Below, piece after piece: positions 9,391 to 18,399 of a stretch of 41,197 bases of DNA. The translations under genes were made by a program, and so were the position numbers. The stretch's first letter is position 1. Each line of letters begins with the position of its first letter. The notes beneath the pieces are model-generated. The model was not told where the DNA came from. It was given only the letters and a program-made list of their open reading frames with translations, and ran no database searches. The stretch is from Caulobacteraceae bacterium (GTDB lineage Bacteria; Pseudomonadota; Alphaproteobacteria; Caulobacterales; Caulobacteraceae): assembly GCA_040380105.1 (NCBI GenBank), contig JBEIJS010000001.1, positions 1 to 41,197 on the forward strand. Reading direction: 5' to 3'.

Positions 9391-10752
9391 CTAGTAGGCG
9401 AAGTCCCGGTACAGCCGTGTCAGATCGCCCTGCCACTCGCCGTGATACAGCGCCAGCAGTCGGTCGGCGGGGGTCAGGCCGCTGTCGGCGATGTCTTCCA
9501 GTTCCGACAGATAGCCGCGCTCATCGACCATGCCGCCGCTGAACCGGGCGCGGTTTTTCAGCCCCTCCTTGGCAATGGCGACCATGTCGACGGCGACGTC
9601 CCGCACCGACCGCCCGGCCACCTCGGCCCTGAGGCCCAGCCGGGTCACGTCGCGGCGCAGCCGTTCGTGGTCGGCGATGTCCCAGTCCTTGACCAGGTCC
9701 CAGGCCGCCGCCAGCGCCGCCCCGTCGTAAAGCACCCCGGCCCACAGGGCCTGCAGCGCGCAGATCCGGCTCCACGGCCCGCCGTCGGCCCCGCGCATCT
9801 CCAGATAGGACTTCAGCCGCACCTCGGGGAAGAGGGTGGTCAGATGGTCGTTCCAGTCCTTCTTCGTCGCCCGCTCGCCGGGCAGGGCGGGCAGGCCGTC
9901 GGTCATGAAGCTGCGGAACGACTGGCCCGACAGGTCGACATAGGTGTCGCCGCGCTTGGCGAAATACATCGGTACATCCAGCGCATAGTCGGCGTAGCGC
10001 TCATAGCCGAAGCCGTCCCGGAAGACGAAGTCCAGCATCCCCGTCCGGTCCGGATCGGTGTCGGTCCAGACATTGGCGCGGGCGCTGAGGAAGCCGTTGG
10101 GCTTTCCTTCCGTGAACGGACTACAGGCGAACAGGGCGGTCGCGATCGGCTGCAGGGCCAGCGATGTCCGGAATTTGGCCACCATGTCGGCCTCGTCCGA
10201 GAAGTCCAGGTTCGACTGGATGGTGCAGGTGCGCAGCATCATGTCGAGGCCGAGCTGGCCCTTCTTCGGCATATAGTTCCGCATGATGACATAGCGGCCC
10301 TTGGGCATGACCGGCACGTCCTCGCGCCGCCACATCGGATCGAAGCCCGTGCCGAGGAAGCCGAGGTTCATCTGGTCGGCGACCTGTTTGACCTCCATCA
10401 GATGCTGGCCGGTCTCGTTGCAGATGTCGTGCACATCCTTCAGCGGTGCACCCGACAGTTCGAACTGCCCGCCCGGCTCCAGCGAGATCGAGGCCGTCAT
10501 CCCCTCGTCGTTCTTCCGTTCCAGGGCGATGACATAGCCGGCCTCCTCGACGGGGCTCCAGCCGAACCTTTGCAGCCCCGTCAGCATCGCCAGGATGCCG
10601 GTGTCGCCCTCATAGGTCGGGCGGCGCAGGGTCGAGCGGTCGAAGCCGAATTTCTCGTGCTCCGCCCCGATGCGCCATTGCGCCTTCGGCTTGGCACCCT
10701 TCGACATGGCGCCGATCAGGTCGTTCCGGGAAAGCGGCGCAGCGTCGGTCAT
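9391..10752 (-). CDS. gshA: Glutamate--cysteine ligase (alphaproteobacterial/plant type)
   Basis: RIGAEHEKF, ISLEPGGQFELSG, MPKGRY, PEVRLKSYLEMRGADG. Confidence 0.96.
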   Translation of the reverse strand: MTDAAPLSRNDLIGAMSKGAKPKAQWRIGAEHEKFGFDRSTLRRPTYEGDTGILAMLTGLQRFGWSPVEEAGYVIALERKNDEGMTASISLEPGGQFELSGAPLKDVHDICNETGQHLMEVKQVADQMNLGFLGTGFDPMWRREDVPVMPKGRYVIMRNYMPKKGQLGLDMMLRTCTIQSNLDFSDEADMVAKFRTSLALQPIATALFACSPFTEGKPNGFLSARANVWTDTDPDRTGMLDFVFRDGFGYERYADYALDVPMYFAKRGDTYVDLSGQSFRSFMTDGLPALPGERATKKDWNDHLTTLFPEVRLKSYLEMRGADGGPWSRICALQALWAGVLYDGAALAAAWDLVKDWDIADHERLRRDVTRLGLRAEVAGRSVRDVAVDMVAIAKEGLKNRARFSGGMVDERGYLSELEDIADSGLTPADRLLALYHGEWQGDLTRLYRDFAY

Positions 10753-10819
10753 GCGTTCAGCCCTGTTGTGGCGGCTAGATGGGAGGAAAACCCCTCACGC
10801 TCAAGGGGGCATGCCTGCC

Positions 10820-11539
10820 CTATCGTTCCCAATCGCCCACAGCCGCCTGCCACAGGGCCAGGGCGGCGATGGCGGCGGTGTCCGCGCGCAGGATGCGCGG
10901 CCCCAGCGACACGGCGGTGGTGAAGGGCAGGGCCCTCAGCCGCTCGCGTTCTTCCGGCGAAAACCCGCCCTCGGGACCGATCAGAATGGCCCAGGGGCCG
11001 GCCCCGGCTTCTGCCACCGCCCCCGTCACCGGCGCCCCGCCCGTCTCGTCGCAGAACATCAGCCGTCGTCCCGCCTCCCAGCCGTCCAGAAGGTCCGCCA
11101 GCTTCACCGGCGCGTCGATCATCGGCACGTCCAGCCGCCCGGTCTGTTCGGCGGCCTCGATGGCGATGGCGTCCAGCCGGTCCATCCGCACATGCTGCAC
11201 CTGGGTCCTCTGGGTCACCACCAGCTTCACCCGCCGCGCGCCCAGTTCGGTGGCCTTCTCGACCGCGAACTCCAGCGCGCTCTTCTTGACCACGGCGATC
11301 AGCAGATCGACGTCCGGCCCCAGGGCCTGCGGCCGCACCCGCTCCTCCGCCCGCAGCACAACCCCCTTCTTGAGGATTTCGCTGATGACGCAGCGCCACT
11401 CCCCGTCGCGGCCGTTGAAGACCAGCAGGCTGTCGCCGGTCTTCAGCCGCATCACCTGGGTCAGGTAGCGCGACTGGTCCAGCGTCGGCAGGACGGCGGC
11501 CTCGGGGGAGAGGGGGGTGGGGACGTGGAGGCGGATCAT
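10820..11539 (-). CDS. rsmE: 16S rRNA m3U1498 methyltransferase
   Basis: EKATELG, EAAEQ, IGPEGGFS, SLGPRILRADTA; ATG 11539 overlaps the yoeB stop. Confidence 0.95.
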   Translation of the reverse strand: MIRLHVPTPLSPEAAVLPTLDQSRYLTQVMRLKTGDSLLVFNGRDGEWRCVISEILKKGVVLRAEERVRPQALGPDVDLLIAVVKKSALEFAVEKATELGARRVKLVVTQRTQVQHVRMDRLDAIAIEAAEQTGRLDVPMIDAPVKLADLLDGWEAGRRLMFCDETGGAPVTGAVAEAGAGPWAILIGPEGGFSPEERERLRALPFTTAVSLGPRILRADTAAIAALALWQAAVGDWER

Positions 11540-11796
11540 CGCGTGTAGTGATATCGGCACTGGGCGATCAGCAAGCCGTCCTCGGTCTTTCGATAGACCA
11601 GACGGTGTTCCTCATTGATGCGGCGCGACCACCAGCCGGAGAACTCACCACGAAGCGGCTCGGGTTTGCCCGTTCCGGTGAAGGGCGTGCGGCTGCATTC
11701 CTTGATCAGCGTGTTGATCTTGGCCAGCAGTTTGCGGTCGTGGGTCTGCCAGTAGAGATAGTCATCCCATCCTTCGTCATGGAAGGTGACCTTCAT
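11536..11796 (-). CDS. yoeB: Txe/YoeB family mRNA interferase toxin
   Basis: WDDYLYWQ, GTGKPEPL, WSRRINEEHRLVY, QCRYHY. Confidence 0.95.
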   Translation of the reverse strand: MKVTFHDEGWDDYLYWQTHDRKLLAKINTLIKECSRTPFTGTGKPEPLRGEFSGWWSRRINEEHRLVYRKTEDGLLIAQCRYHYTR

Positions 11797-12047
11797 TCGA
11801 TCAGATCGCGAACCTGGCCCTTGCCGGCATCCAGTTCCGCGATCGACTTCCGCAGGCGTTCGGCGTTCACCGGACTGCGCAGCAGATACTCTGTTTCCTG
11901 CCAGGAGGTGAAATCTTCCAGCGACATCAGCACGGCCGCGGGCTTGCCGCCTTCACGCGTGATGATCGTATAGTCGTGGTCCGCCGTGACCCGCTCGATG
12001 TTGGCGGCGAGGTTCTTGCGGAATTCGGTGACGGAGATGGCGTTCAT
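11793..12047 (-). CDS. yefM: Phd/YefM family antitoxin
   Basis: IITREGGKPAAVLMSLEDF, WQETEYLLRSPVNAERL; 4-nt overlap with toxin. Confidence 0.95.
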   Translation of the reverse strand: MNAISVTEFRKNLAANIERVTADHDYTIITREGGKPAAVLMSLEDFTSWQETEYLLRSPVNAERLRKSIAELDAGKGQVRDLIE

Positions 12048-12082
12048 TTGAAAAATGTACGTTATCGCGTACGTTAATTCAA
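12048..12082 (-). promoter_or_regulatory. Sigma70-type promoter with YefM operator; predicted leaderless mRNA
   Basis: Minus strand TTGAAT-N17-TACATT-N6-ATG; two GTAC cores 12 bp apart (12057-12060, 12069-12072). Confidence 0.75.
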
Positions 12083-12088
12083 GGCTGC

Positions 12089-13252
12089 CTACAGCGTCCG
12101 CGCGATCAGCAGCTTCATGATCTCGTTCGTCCCGCCGTAGATCCGCTGCACCCGCGCATCCTTGTACAGCTGGGCGATCGGATATTCGTTCATATAGCCA
12201 TAGCCGCCGTGCAGCTGCAGCATCTCGTCGATGACCTCGCCCTGGATGTCGGTGACCCAGTATTTGGCCATGGAGGCCGTGACGGCGTCGAGGTCGCCCT
12301 TCAGATGCCGATCCATGCAGTGGTCGACGAAGACCTTGGCCACGGTCAGCTTGGTCTTGACCTCGGCCAGTTTGAACTGGGTGTTCTGGAAGTCGATGAC
12401 CCGTTTCCCGAACGCCTTGCGCTCCTTCACATAGGCCAGCGTCTCCTGCAGCCCGCGCTCGGCCGCGGCCACGCCCTGGATGGCGATGTTCAGCCGCTCC
12501 TGCGGCAGCTGCTGCATCAGCTGGATGAAGCCCTGGCCCTCGCCGCCGCCGATGATGTTCTCGCCCGGCACCTTCACATCGTTGAAGAACAGCTCCGAGG
12601 TGTCATTCCCCTCCATGCCGATCTTGTGCAGGTTCCGCCCGCGCTGGAAGCCTTCTGCCCCGTCGGTCTCGACCACGATCAGCGACGTGCCCTTGGCGCC
12701 CTCGGCCGGATCGGTCTTGGCCACGACGATGATGAAGTTCGCCAGCTGGCCGTTGGTGATGAAGGTCTTGGACCCGTTCATCACATACTGGTTGCCGGTC
12801 TTGATGGCGGTGGTCTTGACCCCCTGCAGGTCGGAGCCGGTGCCCGGCTCGGTCATGGCGATGGCGCCGACCAGCTCGCCCGACTGCAGCCGCGGCAGCC
12901 AGCGCGCCTTCTGCTCGGCGGTGCCGTAATGCCAGATGTAGGGCATGACGATCGCATTGTGCAGCGAGATGCCGAAATGGTCCGCGCCCTTCCAGCCCAG
13001 CTGCCGCATCAGCACCACCTCATGCCGGTAGTCCCCGCCCATGCCGCCGTCTTCCTCGGGCATGGACAGACCCAGCAGGCCCGCATCGCCGGCGTCGTTC
13101 CACAGCTTGCGCGGCACGGAGGAATTGGCCAGCCAGGTCTGCACGGTCTCGGGCGAGCCGTGCTCATCGATCCATTTGCCGACGCTGTCGGAGAAGAGGG
13201 TGATCTCCTCTTCCTGCATGAAATCGGGCTCGGGGACGTTGAGGACGTTCAT
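12089..13252 (-). CDS. Acyl-CoA dehydrogenase (long-chain type)
   Basis: AIAMTEPGTGSDL, GSKTFITNG, QLHGGYGY, RIYGGTNEI. Confidence 0.95.
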   Translation of the reverse strand: MNVLNVPEPDFMQEEEITLFSDSVGKWIDEHGSPETVQTWLANSSVPRKLWNDAGDAGLLGLSMPEEDGGMGGDYRHEVVLMRQLGWKGADHFGISLHNAIVMPYIWHYGTAEQKARWLPRLQSGELVGAIAMTEPGTGSDLQGVKTTAIKTGNQYVMNGSKTFITNGQLANFIIVVAKTDPAEGAKGTSLIVVETDGAEGFQRGRNLHKIGMEGNDTSELFFNDVKVPGENIIGGGEGQGFIQLMQQLPQERLNIAIQGVAAAERGLQETLAYVKERKAFGKRVIDFQNTQFKLAEVKTKLTVAKVFVDHCMDRHLKGDLDAVTASMAKYWVTDIQGEVIDEMLQLHGGYGYMNEYPIAQLYKDARVQRIYGGTNEIMKLLIARTL

Positions 13253-13265
13253 GGGAGTCTCCTGT

Positions 13266-13405
13266 CCCTTCTCCCATTGGGAGAAGGTGCCCCGGAGGGG
13301 CGGATGAGGGGCGGGTGGGTCAGTCGGCGAAAGCCGTCCCTCACCCTTTCGCCTTGCCGGTCGCTTCGCTCCCGGAGGCTCAAGCCCTCTCCCATCGGGA
13401 GAGGG
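13266..13405. repeat. CIR/REP-like palindromic intergenic element (CCCTCTCCC...GGGAGAGGG type)
   Basis: Terminal hairpins CCTTCTCCC-att-GGGAGAAGG and CCCTCTCCC-atc-GGGAGAGGG; internal TGAGGG/CCCTCA complement. Confidence 0.8.
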
Positions 13406-13415
13406 CGCGGGATTT

Positions 13416-15200
13416 CTAGAACGCCTCCGCCGGCATCTGCATCAGCACTTCCGCGCCGGTCTTCAGCTTGGCCAGGTGGGCACCGGTATCCGGCAGGATG
13501 CGCTCGACGAAATAGCGGCCGGTCATCAGCTTGTTCGCATAGTAGGGATCGCTGGTGCCCGCATCGACCTGGGCCTGCGCCGCCTTGGCCATCTGCGCCC
13601 ACATATAGGCCAGGGCCGTCAGGCCGAAGATGTGCAGGTAATCCGTCGAGGCCGCCCCGGCATTGTCCGGGTTCTGCATACCGTTCTGCATCAGCCACAT
13701 CGTGCCGTCCTGCAGCTTCTTCTTGGCGTCGGCCAGGCCGTCGACATAGGGCTTGATCGGGCCCTCGCCGCCGTTCTCGGCCACGAAGGCGTCGATGTCG
13801 GCGAACCAGCTCATGATCGCCCGGCCGCCATTGGCCGGCAGTTTGCGACCCACCAGATCCAGCGCCTGAATGCCGTTGGCACCCTCATAGATCATGGTGA
13901 TCCGGGCATCGCGCAGATACTGCGACGCCATGAAATGTTCGGTGTAGCCGCTGCCGCCGTGCCCCTGCATGGCCAGCGAGGCGACGTGGAAGCCCTTGTC
14001 GGTCAGATAGGCTTTCAGCACCGGGGTGATCAGACCCATATAATCATGGGCCTTCTGCGCCTCGGCCGCATCGTTCGAGTGCTGAAGATCGGCCTGCAGC
14101 GCGGTCCACAGGGTGAAGGCCTGGCCGCCTTCGACAAACGCCTTGGCCTCCAGCAGCATGCGGCGCACGTCGGGGTGAACCATGATGGAGTCGGCCGGCA
14201 GTTCGGGGCTCTTGGTCCCGGTCAGCGAACGGCCCTGCAGACGATCATGGGCGAATTCGACGGCGGCCTGATAGGCGGCGGTGCCGATCGACAGGCCCTG
14301 CAGGCCGGTGCCGAGCCGGGCCTCGTTCATCATCACGAACATGCCGGCCATGCCCTTGTTCTCGGGTCCGACCAGCCAGCCCCGGGCGTTCTCATAGGCC
14401 ATGACGCAGGTGGCGTTGCCGTGGATGCCCATCTTGTGTTCCAGGCCCGCGCACTGGACGCCCGCATTCCGTTCGCCCAGCGACCCGTCTTCGTTGACGA
14501 ACACCTTGGGCACGACGAACAGGCTGATGCCCTTGATCCCCTCCGGCGCGCCCTCGATCCGGGCCAGCACCAGATGGATGATGTTGTCGGTGAAGTCGTG
14601 TTCGCCCGACGAAATCCAGATCTTCTGGCCGGTGATGTTGTAGCTGCCGTCGCCGTTCGGGACGGCCTTGGTGCGGATCAGGCCCAGGTCCGTGCCGCAC
14701 TGCGGCTCGGTCAGGTTCATGGTCCCGCCCCATTCGCCGATGGCCATCTTGGGCAGATACATCGCCTTCTGCTCATCCGAGCCGTTGGCGTTCAGGCCCC
14801 AGTAGGCGCCGGCGGTCAGGCCCGGATACATCGAGAAGGCGGCGCTGGCGGCGGAGGTGAACTGGCCGATCGCCATGGCCACCACGGCGGGCATCCCCTG
14901 TCCCCCGTGCTCGGGCAGGGCCGACAGGGCGGGCCAGCCGGCCTCGACCATGGCGTGATAGGCTTCCTTCCAGCCGGTCGGGCCGGTGACCTTGCCATTG
15001 TCCCATTTGCAGCCTTCCTGATCGCCGATGCGGTTCAGGGGGGCGATCACTTCCTCGGCGAATTTCGCGCCTTCTTCCAGAATCTGGCCGACCAGGTCCG
15101 TGGACACATCGGCGAAACCGGGCTGGTTGGCATAGCGGTCAATTTCCAGCACCTCGTTCAGAATGAACGTCAGGTCGCGGACAGGCGCCTTGTAGGCCAT
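13416..15200 (-). CDS. Acyl-CoA dehydrogenase, ~600-aa type with C-terminal domain
   Basis: GTMNLTEPQCGTDL, EHKMGIHGNATC, IYEGANGIQALDL. Confidence 0.95.
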   Translation of the reverse strand: MAYKAPVRDLTFILNEVLEIDRYANQPGFADVSTDLVGQILEEGAKFAEEVIAPLNRIGDQEGCKWDNGKVTGPTGWKEAYHAMVEAGWPALSALPEHGGQGMPAVVAMAIGQFTSAASAAFSMYPGLTAGAYWGLNANGSDEQKAMYLPKMAIGEWGGTMNLTEPQCGTDLGLIRTKAVPNGDGSYNITGQKIWISSGEHDFTDNIIHLVLARIEGAPEGIKGISLFVVPKVFVNEDGSLGERNAGVQCAGLEHKMGIHGNATCVMAYENARGWLVGPENKGMAGMFVMMNEARLGTGLQGLSIGTAAYQAAVEFAHDRLQGRSLTGTKSPELPADSIMVHPDVRRMLLEAKAFVEGGQAFTLWTALQADLQHSNDAAEAQKAHDYMGLITPVLKAYLTDKGFHVASLAMQGHGGSGYTEHFMASQYLRDARITMIYEGANGIQALDLVGRKLPANGGRAIMSWFADIDAFVAENGGEGPIKPYVDGLADAKKKLQDGTMWLMQNGMQNPDNAGAASTDYLHIFGLTALAYMWAQMAKAAQAQVDAGTSDPYYANKLMTGRYFVERILPDTGAHLAKLKTGAEVLMQMPAEAF

Positions 15201-15204
15201 GGGA

Positions 15205-15702
15205 TTACGCTCTCGCTTTGAAGGGCTGGTGGTTCTGGTCGGGGTTGAGGCGGGATTTCAGCAGGTCGGCATATTCGTCGGCGCCGGGCAGCAGGTCGGG
15301 GCGGAACTCGCCCAGTTTCCGCTCCATGACGACGCAGGCTTCCTCGGCGGTCTCGATGGCGGCATCGAGGTCCTCGCGCTGCTGTTTCAGCGCTGCGATC
15401 TGGGCCCGGTGGCGGCGCAGGGCGACCGACATCTGGTGGGCGTTGTGATTTTCGTTGTCGTACAGATCCAGCATCTCCTGGATCTCCAGCAGGCTGAATC
15501 CGATGCGCCGTCCGCGCAGGATCAGCTTCAGCCGCGCCCGGTCGCGGGCGTCATAGACCCGCGTCTGACCCTTGCGGGCCGGGGTCAGCAAGCCCTTGTC
15601 CTCATAGAATCGCAGCGCGCGCGCCGTCGCCCCGAACTCCCGGCAGAGCTGGCGGATCGAATAGGTGCGATGATCGTCGGCGGTCGCCATGACCGAACTC
15701 AT
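15205..15702 (-). CDS. MerR-family regulator, LiuR-like (start may be 15690)
   Basis: YSIRQLCREF, RALRFYEDKGLL, RLKLILRGRRIGFSL; heads the acyl-CoA dehydrogenase genes. Confidence 0.9.
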   Translation of the reverse strand: MSSVMATADDHRTYSIRQLCREFGATARALRFYEDKGLLTPARKGQTRVYDARDRARLKLILRGRRIGFSLLEIQEMLDLYDNENHNAHQMSVALRRHRAQIAALKQQREDLDAAIETAEEACVVMERKLGEFRPDLLPGADEYADLLKSRLNPDQNHQPFKARA

Positions 15703-15705
15703 AAC

Positions 15706-15721
15706 TTGACGTGCACGTAAA
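15706..15721. promoter_or_regulatory. LiuR-type operator
   Basis: Near-palindrome TTGACGTGCACGTAAA fits the LiuR pattern TTKACGT-N2-ACGTMAA, immediately upstream of the regulator. Confidence 0.7.
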
Positions 15722-15740
15722 GGGAAGCCTTTAGGTCGTC

Positions 15741-15911
15741 ATGGCCCGCAAACACGTCAACCTCGGCCGCGCCCCCGACAAGCGCGACCTGCCTCAGAAG
15801 ACCTGCCTCGTCTGCGGCAAGCCCTTCTCATGGCGCCGCAAATGGGCGCGCGACTGGGATCAGGTAAAGGTCTGCTCGGACCGGTGCCGGGCGGCGGGCC
15901 CGGCGGCCTGA
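15741..15911 (+). CDS. DUF2256 family small protein (56 aa)
   Basis: Not in ORF track; reads [56 protein letters not shown]. Confidence 0.9.
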   Translation: MARKHVNLGRAPDKRDLPQKTCLVCGKPFSWRRKWARDWDQVKVCSDRCRAAGPAA

Positions 15912-16330
15912 CGAACCTCTTGCCCCCGCTTCCACAGGACCGTCGCGGTCATGGCGATCAGGGCCAGGTTGGTGACCGCCGGGCCGACGTCCATGCCGGT
16001 GGCGTGGATGGCCAGCATCACGACTTCCAGCACCAGCAGGCCGCTCGCGGCCATGACCAGCAGCGGTCGACCGTGCTTCCAGGACACCAGCGGGGCCAGC
16101 ACCAGAAGGGCGAGGAGGATTTCGGCGATACCGAGCCCGCGGACCAGATCCGGCGACACCAGGGCGGGCCAGCGCATCAGGTCGACCAGGTTGTCCATCG
16201 GCTCGCTGAGCTTGGCATAGCCCGCCGCGACGAAGAACATCGCGATCCATCCCTGGAGCGTCCAGAGCGTCAGGTTGCGATAGCTGGCGTTCAGGCGTGA
16301 ACGGGCCGGGGTCAGGGCTTGGCAGGGCAT
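15860..16330 (-). CDS. DoxX-like membrane protein (start uncertain)
   Basis: [27 protein letters not shown], four hydrophobic helices. Confidence 0.75.
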   Translation of the reverse strand: MPCQALTPARSRLNASYRNLTLWTLQGWIAMFFVAAGYAKLSEPMDNLVDLMRWPALVSPDLVRGLGIAEILLALLVLAPLVSWKHGRPLLVMAASGLLVLEVVMLAIHATGMDVGPAVTNLALIAMTATVLWKRGQEVRQAAGPAARHRSEQTFT

Positions 16331-16503
16331 TTTCGCTACGCCGGGACGGGCGTTCTCTTGATTTGCAACAGTCTCGATGTCGGATCGCGCAAGCCGTCCC
16401 ACAAGGGCGCGAAGCGAGATCGTAACCATCCGTGACCCCCTTCTGCGAGACCGGCGCGGCCAAAGCGTGGCCGTTTGCATAACGCCTTGTAATGCGAACG
16501 GGC

Positions 16504-16518
16504 TTTAGGCCGGGTTAA
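16504..16518. promoter_or_regulatory. Possible CtrA site
   Basis: TTTA-N7-TTAA, one mismatch from TTAA-N7-TTAA, upstream of the DoxX-like gene. Confidence 0.35.
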
Positions 16519-16547
16519 GGTCCCTGTTTGCGGGGTGCCCGATTGCC

Positions 16548-16778
16548 TTGTCATCCCCGACGGACCCCGGCGAAAGCCGGGGGCAGATCGGGGACGGGCA
16601 GCAACCCTCCACCCCCTCCATCCTCCCGGACAGCCCGCAGGGCTGAGCCGGGAGCAGGGCAGCGACCAACTCGTCCGCCTTACACTTGCCCCGGATAGCG
16701 GCGGGCGCCGCTTCCGGGACGGTCGTGGGGTCAGCACCACCGTCCCGGCTCGCCGCTGCGCGGCGTCCGGGATGACAA
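16548..16778. repeat. GTCATCCC...GGGATGAC palindromic intergenic element
   Basis: 10-bp terminal inverted repeat TTGTCATCCC/GGGATGACAA with subterminal hairpins; related to 34856-35019. Confidence 0.8.
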
Positions 16779-16792
16779 ACTCGGTCCCTGGC

Positions 16793-18196
16793 TCAAGCCC
16801 ACGCTTTCCTTGCGGCCTCAAGCCGGGCCAGTTTGGCCTCCAGCGGTCCCCAGTCATCCTCCGCCTCGATCGCGGCCCAGATGGCCTCGACCTCGTCGAT
16901 CAGCATCTCCTCGGGCTCGGCGGCGGCGAACATCGCCGCCTCCAGCCGCTCGGGCCGGTCGGGGGCGTGTTCGAACAGGGCGAAGCGGAAGGCGTCGAAG
17001 GCCTCGCCCTGGTACAGTTTCCCGCGCGGCCCCTGCAGCGCCCGCGCCGAAGAGGCAAAGCCGCCGAACCAGTCGAAGAACAGCGGCTCCCAGCGCAACG
17101 CCTCGCCGCCCTCGCGCAACAGCGCCAGGCTCGTGTCCAGCAGCCTCTGGTCCGCCGCCTCGCCCAGGCTCTGCACCCCCAGCCGTGCCAGAAACGCCGC
17201 GCGCAGTTCGCGGATATAGGCCGGGCCGAAACCGTTCAGCGCCTCCGTCAGGGGCTCCGCCTCGGCCACCGTCTTCAACGCCCCGCCCAGCTGTGTCAGG
17301 GCCCAGAACACCGCCTCCGGCTGTCGCGCGAAGGCATACAGGCCGGTGCGGTCGAAATAGGCGGCGGTGAAGCCCGGCTCATAGTGGGGCAGGAACCGCC
17401 AGGGGCCATAGTCGAAGCTCTCGCCCGTGACGTTCAGATTGTCGGTGTTCAGCACCCCGTGGACAAAGCCCGCCGCGATCCAGCGCGCCGCCAGCCGCGC
17501 CGAGGCCTCGACCACGGCGCGCAGAAAGCCGGGCACGTCGCCGGCCGCGACCGTCGGATGGTAGAGCGACCGCGCATGCTCGACCAGGACCTCGACCATG
17601 TCGGCCCGTTCCAGATACGCCCCCCGCTGGAAGGTCCCGAACCGGATGTGGCTGTGCGACAGACGCACCAGCACCGCCGACCGGGTCGGCGACGGCTCGT
17701 CGCCGCGCTCCAGCGCCTCGCCGGTCTCGATCAGGGACAGGGCCCGGCTGGTCGGCACGCCCTGGGCCTCCAGCATGGCCGCCGCCAGCACCTCGCGCAC
17801 CCCGCCCTTCAGCGTCAGCCGCCCGTCCCCCGACCGCGACCAGGGCGTCTGGCCGGAGCCTTTTGTTCCCAGGTCGAGAAGTCGGCCCCGGTCGTCGTGC
17901 AGCTGCGCCGCCAGAAAGCCGCGCCCGTCGCCGAGGTCGGGGTTGTAGGTGCGGAACTGATGCCCGTGATATCGCATGGCCACGGGCCCGGGCTGGCCGG
18001 GCAGGGGCTCGAACCGGCCGAAATGGGCCACCCATTCGGCGTCCGTCAGCGTCTCCAGCCCCACGCTCGCCGCCGCCCGGTCGTTGCGGACCCGCAGGAT
18101 CGTCTGCGGGAAGTCGGCGGCGCGCACGGCGTCGCCATAGTCCCCGCCCAGGGCGAAGAACTGCGGATCGGGACGAAAGGCGGGCGAGACGGGCAT
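16793..18196 (-). CDS. selO: Protein adenylyltransferase SelO/YdiU
   Basis: YHGHQF, LGDGRG, KGSGQTPWSR.GDGR, GFVHGVLNTDN, DYGP. Confidence 0.93.
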   Translation of the reverse strand: MPVSPAFRPDPQFFALGGDYGDAVRAADFPQTILRVRNDRAAASVGLETLTDAEWVAHFGRFEPLPGQPGPVAMRYHGHQFRTYNPDLGDGRGFLAAQLHDDRGRLLDLGTKGSGQTPWSRSGDGRLTLKGGVREVLAAAMLEAQGVPTSRALSLIETGEALERGDEPSPTRSAVLVRLSHSHIRFGTFQRGAYLERADMVEVLVEHARSLYHPTVAAGDVPGFLRAVVEASARLAARWIAAGFVHGVLNTDNLNVTGESFDYGPWRFLPHYEPGFTAAYFDRTGLYAFARQPEAVFWALTQLGGALKTVAEAEPLTEALNGFGPAYIRELRAAFLARLGVQSLGEAADQRLLDTSLALLREGGEALRWEPLFFDWFGGFASSARALQGPRGKLYQGEAFDAFRFALFEHAPDRPERLEAAMFAAAEPEEMLIDEVEAIWAAIEAEDDWGPLEAKLARLEAARKAWA

Positions 18197-18245
18197 CCGG
18201 CGCAGATGCGGCTTCTGATCTTCGCGCGCAACCGTCCGCTTTCGG

Positions 18246-18273
18246 TTGAACCCGATCCGCCCTCGCGTATTAT
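18246..18273 (+). promoter_or_regulatory. Candidate nhaA promoter
   Basis: TTGAAC-N16-TATTAT just upstream of the structured leader. Confidence 0.5.
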
Positions 18274-18294
18274 CGGTGACAGAGATCCGGCCGG

Positions 18295-18368
18295 GGTTCC
18301 GGTCAGGCTGGCGCGCCTGCGAAGGCGGTGCGAATCCAGTCCGGCGTCCGTCGATAACCTGACGCCAC
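18295..18368 (+). ncRNA. Probable nhaA-II (Li+-II) riboswitch
   Basis: Structured nhaA leader: GTCAGG 18302-18307 pairs with CCTGAC 18358-18363; CTGG/CCAG inner helix; CGCCT-GCGA-AGGCG GNRA hairpin. The nhaA-II motif is known from Caulobacterales nhaA leaders. Confidence 0.7.
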
Positions 18369-18399
18369 GACAGTCCTTTCCAGAGTTCCGGAGACCGCC

